From Octopus bimaculoides (taxonomy: Eukaryota), in assembly GCF_001194135.2 (NCBI RefSeq), contig NC_068992.1:17407218-17457200 (forward strand): a stretch of DNA of 49,983 nt, written 5' to 3'. The notes beneath the pieces were generated by a model. That model made no database searches. It was not told the DNA's origin and worked only from the letters and a program-made list of their open reading frames with translations. The translations under genes and the position numbers were made by a program. Shown in pieces: positions 36,519 through 48,440 of this stretch (position 1 is its first letter; each line of letters opens with the position of its first letter).

Positions 36519-39500
36519 TGTATGCATATCTATAAATATGTATGTGTATATTGTGTATGTACTTGGGATTATATTATATATATGTATTCATTTATTTATT
36601 CACTTAATCTAGTTCTTCAATGAAAGAAGGTGACGGTACTCAATATATGTTGAAGAATGTATTATTTATTTAAACTGGATTTTATTTACCTTGTGGTAAG
36701 AAATTCATCCCACTATGAACTCCAGGTTTTCATGCCTGAAGATTGCACCAATCTTTTTCAGCCATGTTGGTAGTTGAGTGCTGATACTTTCAAGTGCACC
36801 AATTACTGTTGGTATCACGTCTACTCTCTTCATTAACCACAACCTTCGTAATTTCCACTTCATATCGTCTACTACTACTACTACTACTACTACTATTATT
36901 ATTATTATTATTATTATTTCTTTTTAAGGGCAGTGAACTGCTAGGGTCATTTCACACCAGGCAAAATGCTTCTCTGTCTTTATATTCTGATTTCAAATTT
37001 TGCTGAGGTCGTTTTTGCTTTTCATCCTTTCAGGGTCAATAAGTACCAGTTGAGTTCTGGGGGTCTGTGTAATTGATTGTCCCTCTCCCCACTAATTTCA
37101 GGCTTGTGCCTGTGTTAGGAAAGATTATTATTATTATTATTATTATTGTTAAGGTGGCGAGCTGGAAGAAGCATTAGCATGCTGGATGGAAAGCTTAGAG
37201 GTATTTCACCTGTCACTACGTTCTGAGTTCAAATTCCACTGAGGTTAACTTTGCCATTCATTCTTTGGGGGTCAATAAATTAAGTACCAGTGAAACACTG
37301 GGGCTGATGTAATTGACTTAATCCCCTCCCTCAAGCTACCCTTGTGGCAAAAATTTGAAATCATCATTATTGTTGGTAGTAGTAGTAGTAGTAGCAGCAG
37401 CAGTAGTAAAAACAGATTTATCATGTTAAAACTTTACAACAGCAAGGCACCTGTTACTGTTCCTTTGTCTTACTGTAATCTCTCATCACCTGACAAAGCT
37501 GTCTCTCTCAATACTATTCCCCACTTAGTTGTGGTGGTGGTGGGGGTGTTCCTGTCTTGCAAGTTACTTGGTGAACCCATTGGTACTGGTACCACATTAA
37601 AAGCACCCAATTTGCTCTGTAAAGTGGCTGGCATTAAGAAGGGCGTCCAGCCATAGAAATGATGCCAAAGCAGAACTCTTGTTAGCCAACCCATGCCAGC
37701 ATAAAAAAACAGACACTAAACGGTGATGATGTTGATGAAGGTCTCACCAAAAAACTTGATACATCTATGCCTTTCAGTTGTTTTGGAGCTCTGTGGATTG
37801 TGAAGGCTTATGTTTGTAGGTTGTTTATAAAATAATAAATAAATGCGCCCTTTTAAAATCTAGCCAACTCATGAGCCCGGTTTCCCGGTTTCAATGGCTT
37901 ATGTGTTCCCCAGCTGGATGGGACGCCAGTCCATCGCAGCGTTACTCATTTTTGCCAGCTGAGTGGACTGGAGCAACGTGAAATGAAGTGTTTTGCTCAA
38001 GAACACAACGCGTCGCCTGGTCCAGGAATCGAAACCACAATCTTACGATCATGATGCTGACATCACTAACCACTAAGCCACGTGCCTCCGTAGGTTGTTT
38101 AGCTTATGCCTAAATCTGGAATGGAGAGTGGATGTATTAAACTAGCTTCTCAAATTTGGGTATTTGCATATTATTATATAGTTAATGCTTTTTACAAGAT
38201 CGTCAAAATTCATGAAGATGAGTGATTAACTCTTTTGTTACCATATTTCTGTCAACATATGTTACCCTTGCTTCAGTTAATTTTGAAAATAAAGATTTTG
38301 GGAAAACAACTTTCTCAATTTTAAGCTGAAGTCTGGAACAAATTGGCATAAAATTTAAATAGAAGATATAATGGGTCAGGCATAAACATTTCTCCCCATT
38401 TTTCCATCCTTATTATAAAACATATGACATTTGATTGCTGTGCCTAATTCAAGAGTGTTGTATATTCCCTCGTTTTTTTTTTGTTGTGTATTGTGAACTG
38501 AAAAGATTGAATAAAATGAAAATTATTTGATTTTAATGATAAAATTTTGGCCTTAAGTCCTACGTAAAAACACATTGCTTTTAGCTTGGTGGATAGCAGA
38601 TAGGTGGCATACTGGGCAAAATAATATGCAGTATTCAGTTATGATATTGAAAGGCATATAGATGCATTTTTCCTCCCACAAATTGTTCTCAGAAAACTCA
38701 CCCTGGGTCCTATATGCAAAGTTTGGCCCATATTATATGCTGTTACACTTTATCATTTAAATTAACTGTATGGGGTTGAAATTTTCTACCTGTGTTACAT
38801 CAGCAAGGCACCTGTTACTGTTCCTCTGTCTTAGTGTAACCTCTCATCATCTGACATAAAGCCACCTCCCTCAAAATTATTCTCCACTTAGCTGGGAGTG
38901 ACGGGGTCTTGTCTTGCAAGTTATTTGGTGGACCCATTGATACTAGTGCCACATTAAAAGCGCCCAGTATGCTTTGTAAAGACCTACTGGCTAGATCTGA
39001 CCTCTCACACATACTCTACAATGTCATTATAAAAGTAAACAATTCCATCACCGAAATCTCAAAGCTACGAAAGCATTAGGAAGGGCATCCAGCTGTAGAA
39101 ACACTGCCAAATCAGATTGGAGCCTGAAGTAGCCATCTGGTTCACCACTCCTCAGTCAAATCGTCCAGCTGGAGCCTGGTGCAGTCTCCTGGCTTCCTAG
39201 ACCCTGGTCGAACCGTCCAACCCATGCTAGCATGGAAAACGGACGTTAAACAACAATGATGATGATGATACATATACGATGATCTTCTTTCAGTTTCCCT
39301 CTACCAAATTCAATCACAAAGCTTTGGTTAGCCCAAGACTGAAGTAGAAGACACATGCCTGAGGTGTCACACAGTAGGACTGAAACCGGAACTATGTGGT
39401 TGGGAAGCAAGCTTCTTACCACGAGCAATATTTGAAAAAATCCTTCTACACAACTTACACATGCTTATGCTAGTTTGTTGCATTTATTTTCTTCTCCTGA

Positions 39501-39603
39501 AAGATCAGTTTCATCATCAACATCATTCAGTTTATATTTACTGAATGTTCTGTGTTGTATCAGTGTTTTTTGTATTTTTTTTCCTTTCTCAAATCTCTTG
39601 CAG

Positions 39604-39683
39604 AGGTATCAAAAAAACCAAAACGAAGAAAGATAAAGAAAAGACTTTGCTGTTTCCAGGCGATAAGACAAAGCATAAGAGTG
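39604..39683 (+). CDS. MORF4L1: MRG15 linker exon (exon 5; GIKKTKTKKDKEKTLLFPGDKTKHKS, phase 2 to 1)
   Basis: cttgcag| acceptor and |gtaagt donor. Lys-rich open frame whose phases fit the next exon; little sequence homology to rely on. Confidence 0.7.
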
Positions 39684-39740
39684 GTAAGTCTTTACTTGTT
39701 CTGTCTTCTTAATCTTGCCACACTTATCTCTTTTCTATCC

Positions 39741-39774
<34 letters not shown>

Positions 39775-39789
39775 TCTATTTATCTCTGA

Positions 39790-40147
39790 GGCAAGCGAAA
39801 GCGAAATCGTGATGGTACCTGTGCCCAGCATCACCTTCCTGGCACGTGTAAAAACATTCGAGTGAGATCGTTGCCAGTGCCCCTGGACTGGCTCCTGTGC
39901 AGGTGGCACATAAAATACACCATTTTGAGCGTGGCTGTTGCCAGTACCGCCTGACTGGCCTTCGTGCTGGTGGCACGTAAAAGCACCCATTGCATTCTCG
40001 GAGTGGTTGGCGTTAAGAAGGGCATCCAGCTGTAGAAACTCTGCCAAATCAGATTGGAGCCTGGTGTAGCCATCTGGTTTCACCAGTCCTCAGTCAAATC
40101 GTCCAACCCATGCTAGCATGGAAAGTGGACGTTAAACGACGATGATG
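39790..40147 (+). mobile_element. RTE 3'UTR-derived repeat ending GGACGTTAAACGA(TGA)n; many copies, e.g. 1115-1410(-), 4095-4450(-), 19790-19950(+), 21880-22075(+), 22222-22600(-), 26505-26830(-), 40900-41150(-), 43083-43310(-)
   Basis: The same sequence forms the 3' end of the RTE ORF-bearing copy at 43690-44520. Confidence 0.85.
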
Positions 40148-40177
40148 TATGTGTGCGTGTATATATATATGTATGTA

Positions 40178-40208
<31 letters not shown>

Positions 40209-40315
40209 GTTTGTGTATATATGTATGTGTGTGTATGTATGTATGTGTGTGTGTATATATGTGTGTGTGTGTATATATATGTATTATTTTTGAATTCTTT
40301 TTATATATTTCTTAG

Positions 40316-40473
40316 CATTGCTGGGCGGAAATTCCAGTGGTGGTCAAGGTGACGCAGGTAACTCTGGCAATGTGGGTTCACTGCCCACTTCATCACCGCT
40401 TGCTGGATCTTCAACATCCACGCCCACTGAACCGAAACGTAAACGAGCCAAGACAGATCCTACTGTAGAATCG
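40316..40473 (+). CDS. MORF4L1: MRG15 exon 6 (ALLGGNSSGG...EPKRKRAKTDPTVES)
   Basis: ttcttag| acceptor and |gtaagg donor. Ends in PKRKRAKTDPTVE, equivalent to the conserved P.KKRAR.DPTVE motif. Confidence 0.92.
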
Positions 40474-40499
40474 GTAAGGCAACCCATTTCCATTTCTTT

Positions 40500-40642
40500 C
40501 ATACTTTATTTTCTCCATGATGTAGTAGTAGTAGTAGTAGTAAGTAGTAGTAGTAGTAGTAGTAGGAGGAGGAGGAGGAGGAGGATAAGCAGTAGTTATA
40601 GTAGTAGTTGTCATAGCAGCAGCAGTAGCAGTAGTAGTAGTA
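40500..40642. repeat. Compound (GTA)n(GAG)n(AGC)n microsatellite in intron 6
   Basis: Visible trinucleotide runs. Confidence 0.9.
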
Positions 40643-41639
40643 AATAACTGCAACAGCTGTTGCTGTAATTGTTGCATAGCCCCTGTCAGCTCATCTGGAG
40701 CAGACCTGTTGCATGTAGGTAACGGGGCCCAAAATACTGGATGCAGACTCTCAAGTCCTACTGGTTGTGTGATGTTCTTGAATAAATCCTTAACTGAAAA
40801 TAAGTCAAAGTTGGTTTCAGGAAGGACATGAAGCCCTTAAATGCTGCTCCAGTATGTCTCCTCCTCCCCCCCCAACTCATGTCAGCATGAAAAATACAAA
40901 TCATCATTGTCATTTAACATCCATTTTCCATGCTGGCATGGGTTGGATGCTTTGACAGGAGCTGGCCAGCCAGAGACCTGCCCTGGCTCCAGTTGTCTGT
41001 TTTGGCATGGTTTTTGTAGCTGGATGCCCTTCTTGCTGCTAACCCACTTTACAGAGTGTACTGGGTGCTTTTTACGGGGGTACTTTTTATGTGGCACCAA
41101 TATGGGTGCTTTTAAGTGGCACTGGTCTGAGTGCTTTTTTGTGGTACTGACCCAGGTGCTTCTTACATGGCATTGGCATGGGTCCCGGGGTCGATTTGCT
41201 CGACTAAAGGCGGTGCTCCAGCATGGCTGCAGTCAAATGACTGAAACAAGTAAAAGAGTAAACTTATTTTTTTTATTGTATGTTATGTATGCTTTCCCTT
41301 GTTTTATTGTATATTGTGTATTCTTATATATGTTTATTAAATCTGTAAAGTGGTTGGTGTTAGGAAGGATATCCGGCTTTAGAAACTTATGCCAAATCAG
41401 ACTGGATCTTGGTGCAGCTCTCTAGCTTATGAGTTTCAGTCAAACCATCTAACCCATGCCAGTATGGAAAGCAGATGCTAAATGATGTGAAAAGAAAAAA
41501 ATGAAAATATATAGAATCATTTCATTACATGTAAATCCCTATACTTTATGTCTGTCTTTACATTGTCGCCCTCATCTTTTGCCCTGGTAGCAAATAAAAT
41601 AAATCATCATCGTATTTATTTATTTATTTATTTTGTTAG

Positions 41640-41741
41640 GAGGAGGCATTTCAAACGAAAATAGAGGTGCATGTGAAAGTACCAGATGATTTGAAATTGT
41701 GGTTGGTTGATGATTGGGATTTGATGACCAAACAAAAGAAG
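41640..41741 (+). CDS. MORF4L1: MRG15 exon 7 (EEAFQTKIEVHVKVPDDLKLWLVDDWDLMTKQKK, 102 bp)
   Basis: gttag| acceptor and |gtaggt donor; MRG-domain LKxWLVDDWD motif. Confidence 0.97.
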
Positions 41742-41792
41742 GTAGGTTTTCTTGTTGATGATGTTAGCAATAATAATAATGATAATAATAAT

Positions 41793-42150
41793 AAGACTAA
41801 AACAATACCTATTGTCATAGGTGCCCTGGGAATGACAGCGAAACGGGCTGATTACTACCTAGCTCAGATACCAGGAAACCCCAAAATGGCTGAAGTTCAA
41901 AAGATAGTGCTCATGGGAACTGTCCATATCTTACGTAAAATACTGTCTATGTGATCTCAAATTTTAAAACAAACACATAATTTTCTTATGGTTTCTTAAA
42001 CATTCTCTAGAACAACACAATGTACAAATCCAAATATATGGTACCCTAGGCATAATACCTACATGAACTTCTAACTTTTGTCTCTTGAGGTCTCTGGGTG
42101 AAACTAGGAATCCAACTTGTACAAATGCAAAGCAAAAGTCAAACATAAAA
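41793..42150 (+). mobile_element. 5'-truncated RLE-type LINE flanked by (AAT)n on both sides
   Basis: KTKTIPIVIGALG...VQKIVLMGTVHILRKILSM* plus a 3'UTR; typical C-terminus after the restriction-like endonuclease. Confidence 0.8.
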
Positions 42151-42173
42151 TAATAATAATAATAATAATAATA

Positions 42174-42480
42174 CAATCCCTTAAAGTTTGAAATAGGAAG
42201 AATTTGGAGCATGAGAACAGTAAAGGTTGTGTCTATGATACTTGGTGTGTTTGGAACAGTGAGCCAAGATATAGACAAATGGCTGAAGGAGATTGGAATA
42301 GAATGCCTGGTGGATTCTCCTCCAGAAAGTTTGTCTCTTAGGGAGAGCAAGGATTATCAGGAGGGTTCTAAGCATTTGAAAGACTGCTGGAAACTTGTGG
42401 ATACTTAAGGTTACAGGTAGTAACCCGCTATCCACATAATTCCTACCAGGAATAAAACCAAACCTGAGCCGAACCAAAAT
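42174..42480 (+). mobile_element. Second 5'-truncated RLE-type LINE, starting right after the (TAA)n tract
   Basis: LKFEIGRIWSMRTVKVVSMILGVFG...(frameshift)LLQKVCLLGRARIIRRVLSI*. Confidence 0.8.
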
Positions 42481-42518
42481 AATGATAATTTTTTTTGCAA
42501 ATTTGGTACAAAGCCAGC

Positions 42519-42551
<33 letters not shown>

Positions 42552-42678
42552 GATTTACTTTGCAAGTTAAACATCAGTATTAAATAGTAACTTAAAAACA
42601 AAAATTGTATTTATATATATATATATCAGCTCTGTTTTTACCAATTGTATGTTTTGTAAATTTCTCCATATTTTCCAG

Positions 42679-42761
42679 CTGTTGAAGTTGCCAGCCCAAC
42701 ATAATATTGAGACTATTCTTGAAGAATATATCCAGTTTAAAATTACTAAGTCTAATAACAA
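42679..42761 (+). CDS. MORF4L1: MRG15 exon 8 (LLKLPAQHNIETILEEYIQFKITKSNN-K)
   Basis: ttttccag| acceptor and |gtaagt donor; LPA..N...IL..Y MRG pattern; phase 0 to 2. Confidence 0.95.
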
Positions 42762-42905
42762 GTAAGTTAGCATTTTATGATCACTAGCACATATATATAT
42801 ATTGAGATATAGATAAGGTAATAATTTATTTTCAAATGCAGAAACGCTGATAGAACAACAGAGACAGGATAAAATATCCATATAAAGTGGAATATTTGTC
42901 AGCAA

Positions 42906-42975
42906 CCAACCATGAGACTCAAACTCACATCTCTTTGATTACCGGTCAAATGCTTTTCCAATTAAGCAAAACCGC
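42906..42975 (-). pseudogene. tRNA-Thr(GGT)-like sequence inside a repeat, closed by a 12-bp inverted repeat
   Basis: GCTT-AATTGG-AAAAGC, TTTGA-CCGGTAA-TCAAA, GTGAG-TTTGAGT-CTCAT; weak acceptor stem. Confidence 0.6.
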
Positions 42976-43689
42976 TTGCTGACAAATTAATCTGCAATTT
43001 TTGAACTTATAAAGCTATCATACAGGACACTGTAAGGCTGAAATTCAAATTATGATAAATGTCACATTTATCATAATATATATCATCATCATCATCGTTT
43101 AATGTCCGCTTTCCATGCTAGCATGGGTTGAATGATTTGACTGAGGACTGGTGAACGAGATGGCTACACCAGGCTCCAATCTGATTTGGCAGAGTTTCTA
43201 CAGCTGGATGCCCTTCCTAACGCCAACCACTCCGAGAGTGTAGTGGGTGCTTTTACGTGTCACCGGCACGAAGGCCAGTCAGGCGATACTGGCAACGGCC
43301 ACGCTCATTAAAGGAAATAGAGAAATACAAATGACAAATTAAAAATTTATTTACGTTATAATACAACAAAAATTGTTAAAAAATGAAATTGGATGTTTTA
43401 CATCCCTTTGCAGGAAATGATTTTTTTCCTTCGTTTGACTCATACATACGTATATGCATGCATTCATGCATACATACATCATACATCAATACATACATAT
43501 TGATATATATATATATGTGTTTGTGTGTGTGTATTCCAAGCATATTACAAGCCACAATGATATGTACTTTGACAAGGTACATAATACTGATTGTTTTATG
43601 CTCTTTTGCTTCAAGATATACTTTTTGTTGAAGACAGATGAAACGTATTCTGATATAACTGCAGTTTGAAAGCACTTAGCAGTGATATA

Positions 43690-44520
43690 TCATCATCATC
43701 ATCATCATCGTTTAACGTCCGCTTTCCATGCTAGCATGGGTTGGACGATTTGACTGAGGACTGGTGAAACCGGATGGCAACACCAGGCTCCAATCTAATT
43801 TGGCAGAGTTTCTACAGCTGGATGCCCTTCCTAACGCCAACCACTCAGAGAGTGTAGTCGGTGCTTTTACGTGTCACCCGCACGAAAACGGCCACGCTCG
43901 NNNNNNNNNNNNNNNNNNNNNNNNNNNNNNNNNNNNNNNNNNNNNNNNNNNNNNNNNNNNNNNNNNNNNNNNNNNNNNNNNNNNNNNNNNNNNNNNNNNN
44001 NNNNNNNNNNNNNNNNNNNNNNNNNNNNNNNNNNNNNNNNNNNNNNNNNNNNNNNNNNNNNNNNNNNNNNNNNNNNNNNNNNNNNNNNNNNNNNNNNNNN
44101 NNNNNNNNNNNNNNNNNNNNNNNNNNNNNNNNNNNNNNNNNNNNNNNNNNNNNNNNNNNNACGCACAGCACATTTCCAAAGGTCTCGGTCAGAAGTCATC
44201 GCCTCGGTGAGGCCCAATGTATGAAGGTCTTGCCTCACCACCTCAGCCCAGGTCTTCCTGGGCCTACCTCTTCCACGGGTTCCCTCAACTGTTAGGGTGT
44301 GGCACTTTTTCACGCAGCTATCCTCATCCATTCTCACCACATGTCCATACCAGTGCAATCGTCTCTCTTGCACACCACAACTGATGCTTCTAATGTTCAG
44401 CTTTTCTAGCAAGATACTTACACTCTGACGGGTATTCACATTGACATTACACATCCAACGGAGCATACTGGCTTCATTCCTTGCGAGCTTACGTATGTAT
44501 GTCCTCAACAGCATTCCTTG
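43690..44520 (-). mobile_element. RTE-clade LINE 3' end (ORF C-terminus, 3'UTR and (GAT)n tail), spanning an N gap
   Basis: EASMLRWMCNV...RRLHWYGHVVRM...EGTRGRGRPRKTW is the classic RTE C-terminus. Confidence 0.92.
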
Positions 44521-45170
44521 CGAGCTTACATATGTCCTCAGCAGCGTATGTCCTCAACAAACTTGTTATCAGTTCAAAAATGCTTGCAGCATATTCAGAC
44601 CTGTAAAAAAAAGGCCATTCACTGTATTTTGTCATAGAGAAAATTTCTCGCTGCAGACTGGATAAAGCACATCTCTAAAATTGTTAAGAAGGCTGAGGGT
44701 GTCTTGGCATCACTTAGCAAGACCTTTGTCAACCACTCTCCAGCTATCTTTTTAAGCCTGTATATGATTATAGTGTGGCCACACCTGGAATTTGCATCAC
44801 CAGTCTGGTACCCCTGTTTTGCTCAGGACATTGACCTCCTGGAAACTGTTCAGTCGTGCAACCAAGCAAATACCCTCCATCAAGTATCTACCATGATCTA
44901 AAATGAAATGACGTATCTTGTTCCAAAACAAGAATGAGCACCAAGAACGGCGTCCGGCCAAAGAATACAATCTCAACAAGACTTCCTCAACCTATGTCAG
45001 TATGGAAAGAGACAAATATAAAAATAGCGGTGGTGGTGTCGGCGGCATTATTCTCATTACCATTTGTTTCCTTAGCTTCTATGGTTCCACTTTGCTTGCT
45101 TTAGTTTGCCTGCCTGACGGAGAAATAAGCTTTAGCCTTCTTTTTTTTTTTATTGTTTTTTTTTTTTCAG

Positions 45171-45270
45171 AGATGCTGTTAAACTGGTCACCCAAGGAGT
45201 TAGAGAATACTTCAATACAACTATAGGTACATTACTGCTTTATAAATTTGAACGTCCTCAACACACTGAG
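45171..45270 (+). CDS. MORF4L1: MRG15 exon 9 (DAVKLVTQGVREYFNTTIGTLLLYKFERPQHTE)
   Basis: (t)n cag| acceptor and |gtaagt donor; EYFN...LLYKFERPQ motif. Confidence 0.97.
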
Positions 45271-46384
45271 GTAAGTTTTCTCCTTTGAATATATTTGGGG
45301 TGGTTTTACATTGGCATTTTTCTTGCATGATAAATGTGGTTTAGTCAATGTGAAATTTTTTAGACAAAATATTTCGAAGTGCACTGTGAACAGCGAGAAT
45401 CAGAATGATGACATCCATATTCTTAATATGATCCATCAGATTTAAATGTAAATATGCTAATTGCTGTTGTATTTTGTCATTTGAGAAGAACTTCTTTCAG
45501 ACAAATGTGTGTTCACATCATACTCAATTCATTAGAGTAAGGGGACTTTCAGACACCCACTGTTTCGACATCATTGTGTCTCCTCAGCCAAGCTATCCTA
45601 TAAATAAATGCTGCAAACTGTTGATAGATTCGTTCTTCTGGGGTAGCTTTGGTTGAGGCACAGGACTCTTGCAGCCAGTCCTTTTCACCAGGGGGAGTGG
45701 CCTTAATGCTTCTGCTGTTGACCACAGGTCTTCTTAAGTACAGCAAAACATCAGGTATCTCAGTCCTTTGTTATCTCGTCTGAAGGATTCCATGTGTTGA
45801 GGTCATCCTTCAGTACTTCTAAATTATTTAGATGAGTATGTTGTTAAGAATTGTTTGAGTATTCACTCCATCTTTTTTTTCTTTTTAAAAATTTTAATTA
45901 TTTTTAACAGTTACCACTGAAGTTTCATTCATAATGGTGTTTTATTCTGTGATTTTTCAAACATTAAATAGGAAAAGGAGCCCCTTTTGCATCAGGACTA
46001 GATCATATGTTCTATTCTTGTAAATGATTATTTTAAATACTTGTGTGGTACCTTAGGCAAGTTTTCTGAGCTATGCAAACCATTTCTTACTTTTATTGTG
46101 GATATCTTAGATCTTATCTATGCATAGGCATTGCTAATACAGATGTTTCACTTTACTGTGTTGAACATTCATAAAGTTACCATAGTAACTAATTAGAAAT
46201 ATCAGACCCTCAGAGTAAATTAATTTCATAATTAGTTTTGTTCCTCTATGTCCTGTGTTCAAATATTTATTACCCATGTATATCTTTTAAAAGTGGTTGT
46301 TCTGGTGACGTACCAGTTACATACTGGGGTCAGTTCAATTGACTGTATATCCTTCCTCTAACGCACACATATATTTTATTCCAG

Positions 46385-46454
46385 CTTCTTGAAGCTCATC
46401 CCGATATTCCGATGTCTTCTATTTATGGTGCTACTCATCTTTTACGACTTTTTG
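46385..46454 (+). CDS. MORF4L1: MRG15 exon 10 (LLEAHPDIPMSSIYGATHLLRLF-V)
   Basis: attccag| acceptor and |gtaagt donor; PMS.xYGA.HLLRLF motif. Confidence 0.97.
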
Positions 46455-48248
46455 GTAAGTAGATGTAATTATTGCCATTTTTATTGTTGCTGTTACTATT
46501 ATTGGAGTCTTGTTGTATTTTGAGATTTTATTTTCTTTAACTTCTTAACATTCAGGCTACTTTAATTTAACCCTTTTGTTACCATATTTTGAGATACTCT
46601 GTGTTTCTTTCAATTGATTTTGAATATAACAAAGAATTTAGTAAAATAACTTAGTTATCATTTAGCTAGTGTAGGAACATAAATTGTGACTAAGGTTTGG
46701 TGGAAGATTTTAATTCAGAACTTATGGAAACAAGACATTTGTACTACAAAGCCAGAGGCGGTTTCAGCTGGGTTGTTATCATAAGGATTATTGCTTATTT
46801 ATCCACATTGTTTTGAATTAATCCTGTATTATCTCGTAGCTTTGAGATTTCAGTGATGTGATAGTTTATGTTCAGAATGGCAATGTATATGTCTACATAT
46901 ATATACTATACCGGAGTAAGCACATAAATGTGAAACAAGGTGGAAAAAAGAGTACTCAAATACCAGAGGTAGAGTAACAAAACTGTCCGACAAACGGGAA
47001 CATGAAACTCTGCGTAACAGCTTTTGTTATATTTCTGCTGCTTTTAAATAAAGTATATATATATATATATATATATATNNNNNNNNNNNNNNNNNNNNNN
47101 NNNNNNNNNNNNNNNNNNNNNNNNNNNNNNNNNNNNNNNNNNNNNNNNNNNNNNNNNNNNNNNNNNNNNNNNNNNNNNNNNNNNNNNNNNNNNNNNNNNN
47201 NNNNNNNNNNNNNNNNNNNNNNNNNNNNNNNNNNNNNNNNNNNNNNNNNNNNNNNNNNNNNNNNNNNNNNNNNNNNNNNNNNNNNNNNNNNNNNNNNNNN
47301 NNNNNNNNNNNNNNNNNNNNNNNNNNNNNNNNNNNNNNNNNNNNNNNNNNNNNNNNNNNNNNNNNNNNNNNNNNNNNNNNNNNNNNNNNNNNNNNNNNNN
47401 NNNNNNNNNNNNNNNNNNNNNNNNNNNNNNNNNNNNNNNNNNNNNNNNNNNNNNNNNNNNNNNNNNNNNNNNNNNNNNNNNNNNNNNNNNNNNNNNNNNN
47501 NNNNNNNNNNNNNNNNNNNNNNNNNNNNNNNNNNNNNNNATTAAGGTCAAGGTATTAAAGAAATATATCTATTCTACAGTATAAATAGAATAATGCAATG
47601 AAGCAGTGAACTACTAAGTTCAAAACTATAGGGAACAATAATAATTAGAACAAGATAAACATATCCAGTTAAAATAAGATATAAAATAATGTGGGACGGT
47701 ATTACTTATATTAATGGCCAAAATCCAAACAGAAAGAAGGGGGGAAGGGGGGGGAGGTAGAGTTAGAAAAACAGGACTAAATTAAGAGATATAAAGCTAA
47801 GGTTTTCGAAAAAGACTCAGAATAACTTCGAGAAAATGTAGGACTACTATCAGTGGGTTGGGAAAGGTAAAAATGTATTCTAAGTGTATATAAAAAGTCA
47901 TACCTCAAATAAAATAGTTATATATACTATATATATATATATATATATATATAAACAATATATGAGTATATGCATATATATGTACATGTGTGTATATACC
48001 TTCATCCACATGTACACATAGATACATAACTGGGTACATGACGTGGCAAAAGAACATGGACAAAATGATAAACAAGGTACAACAAACAAGCAAGCCACAT
48101 AGAAACATCTCCTTCATCAGCTGCCACCATTAAAACACCGGCGTGTGTGTGTGTGTGTATATATAGACATTTGTATTGTAAACCTTTTGCATAATGTTAT
48201 GTTTACTGTTAAATTTGATTTATTTTTCCTTTTTTCCTCTATTTTTAG

Positions 48249-48333
48249 TCAAGATTGGAGGGATGCTTGCCTACACTTCACTTGATGAAAAGAGTATACA
48301 GTTGCTGTTAACCCACCTTCATGATTTTCTCAG
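48249..48333 (+). CDS. MORF4L1: MRG15 exon 11 ([29 protein letters not shown])
   Basis: tttttag| acceptor and |gtttgt donor; IG.MLAYT.LDEKS...LHDFL motif. The terminal exon was not found in the window. Confidence 0.96.
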
Positions 48334-48440
48334 GTTTGTTTTGTTTTTAATTCTATTTCTTTGTACATAATTGTAGTATGTGGCTTTCCATGCCGGCATG
48401 GGTTGGACGGTTTGACATGGAACTGGCTAGCAGGGAGCTG

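Noticed and set aside
33188-37365. Regularly spaced repeats resembling a CRISPR array
   Set aside because: The units are diverged SINEs of about 200 bp with microsatellite tails in a eukaryotic intron, with no repeat-spacer architecture or cas genes.
40474-40677. Poly-Ser/Val/Arg and poly-Thr/Pro ORF extensions
   Set aside because: They are microsatellite translations downstream of the exon 6 donor.
45405-45520. C-box-like ATGATGA in MRG15 intron 9 (possible snoRNA)
   Set aside because: No CTGA D box or terminal stem within the following about 110 nt.
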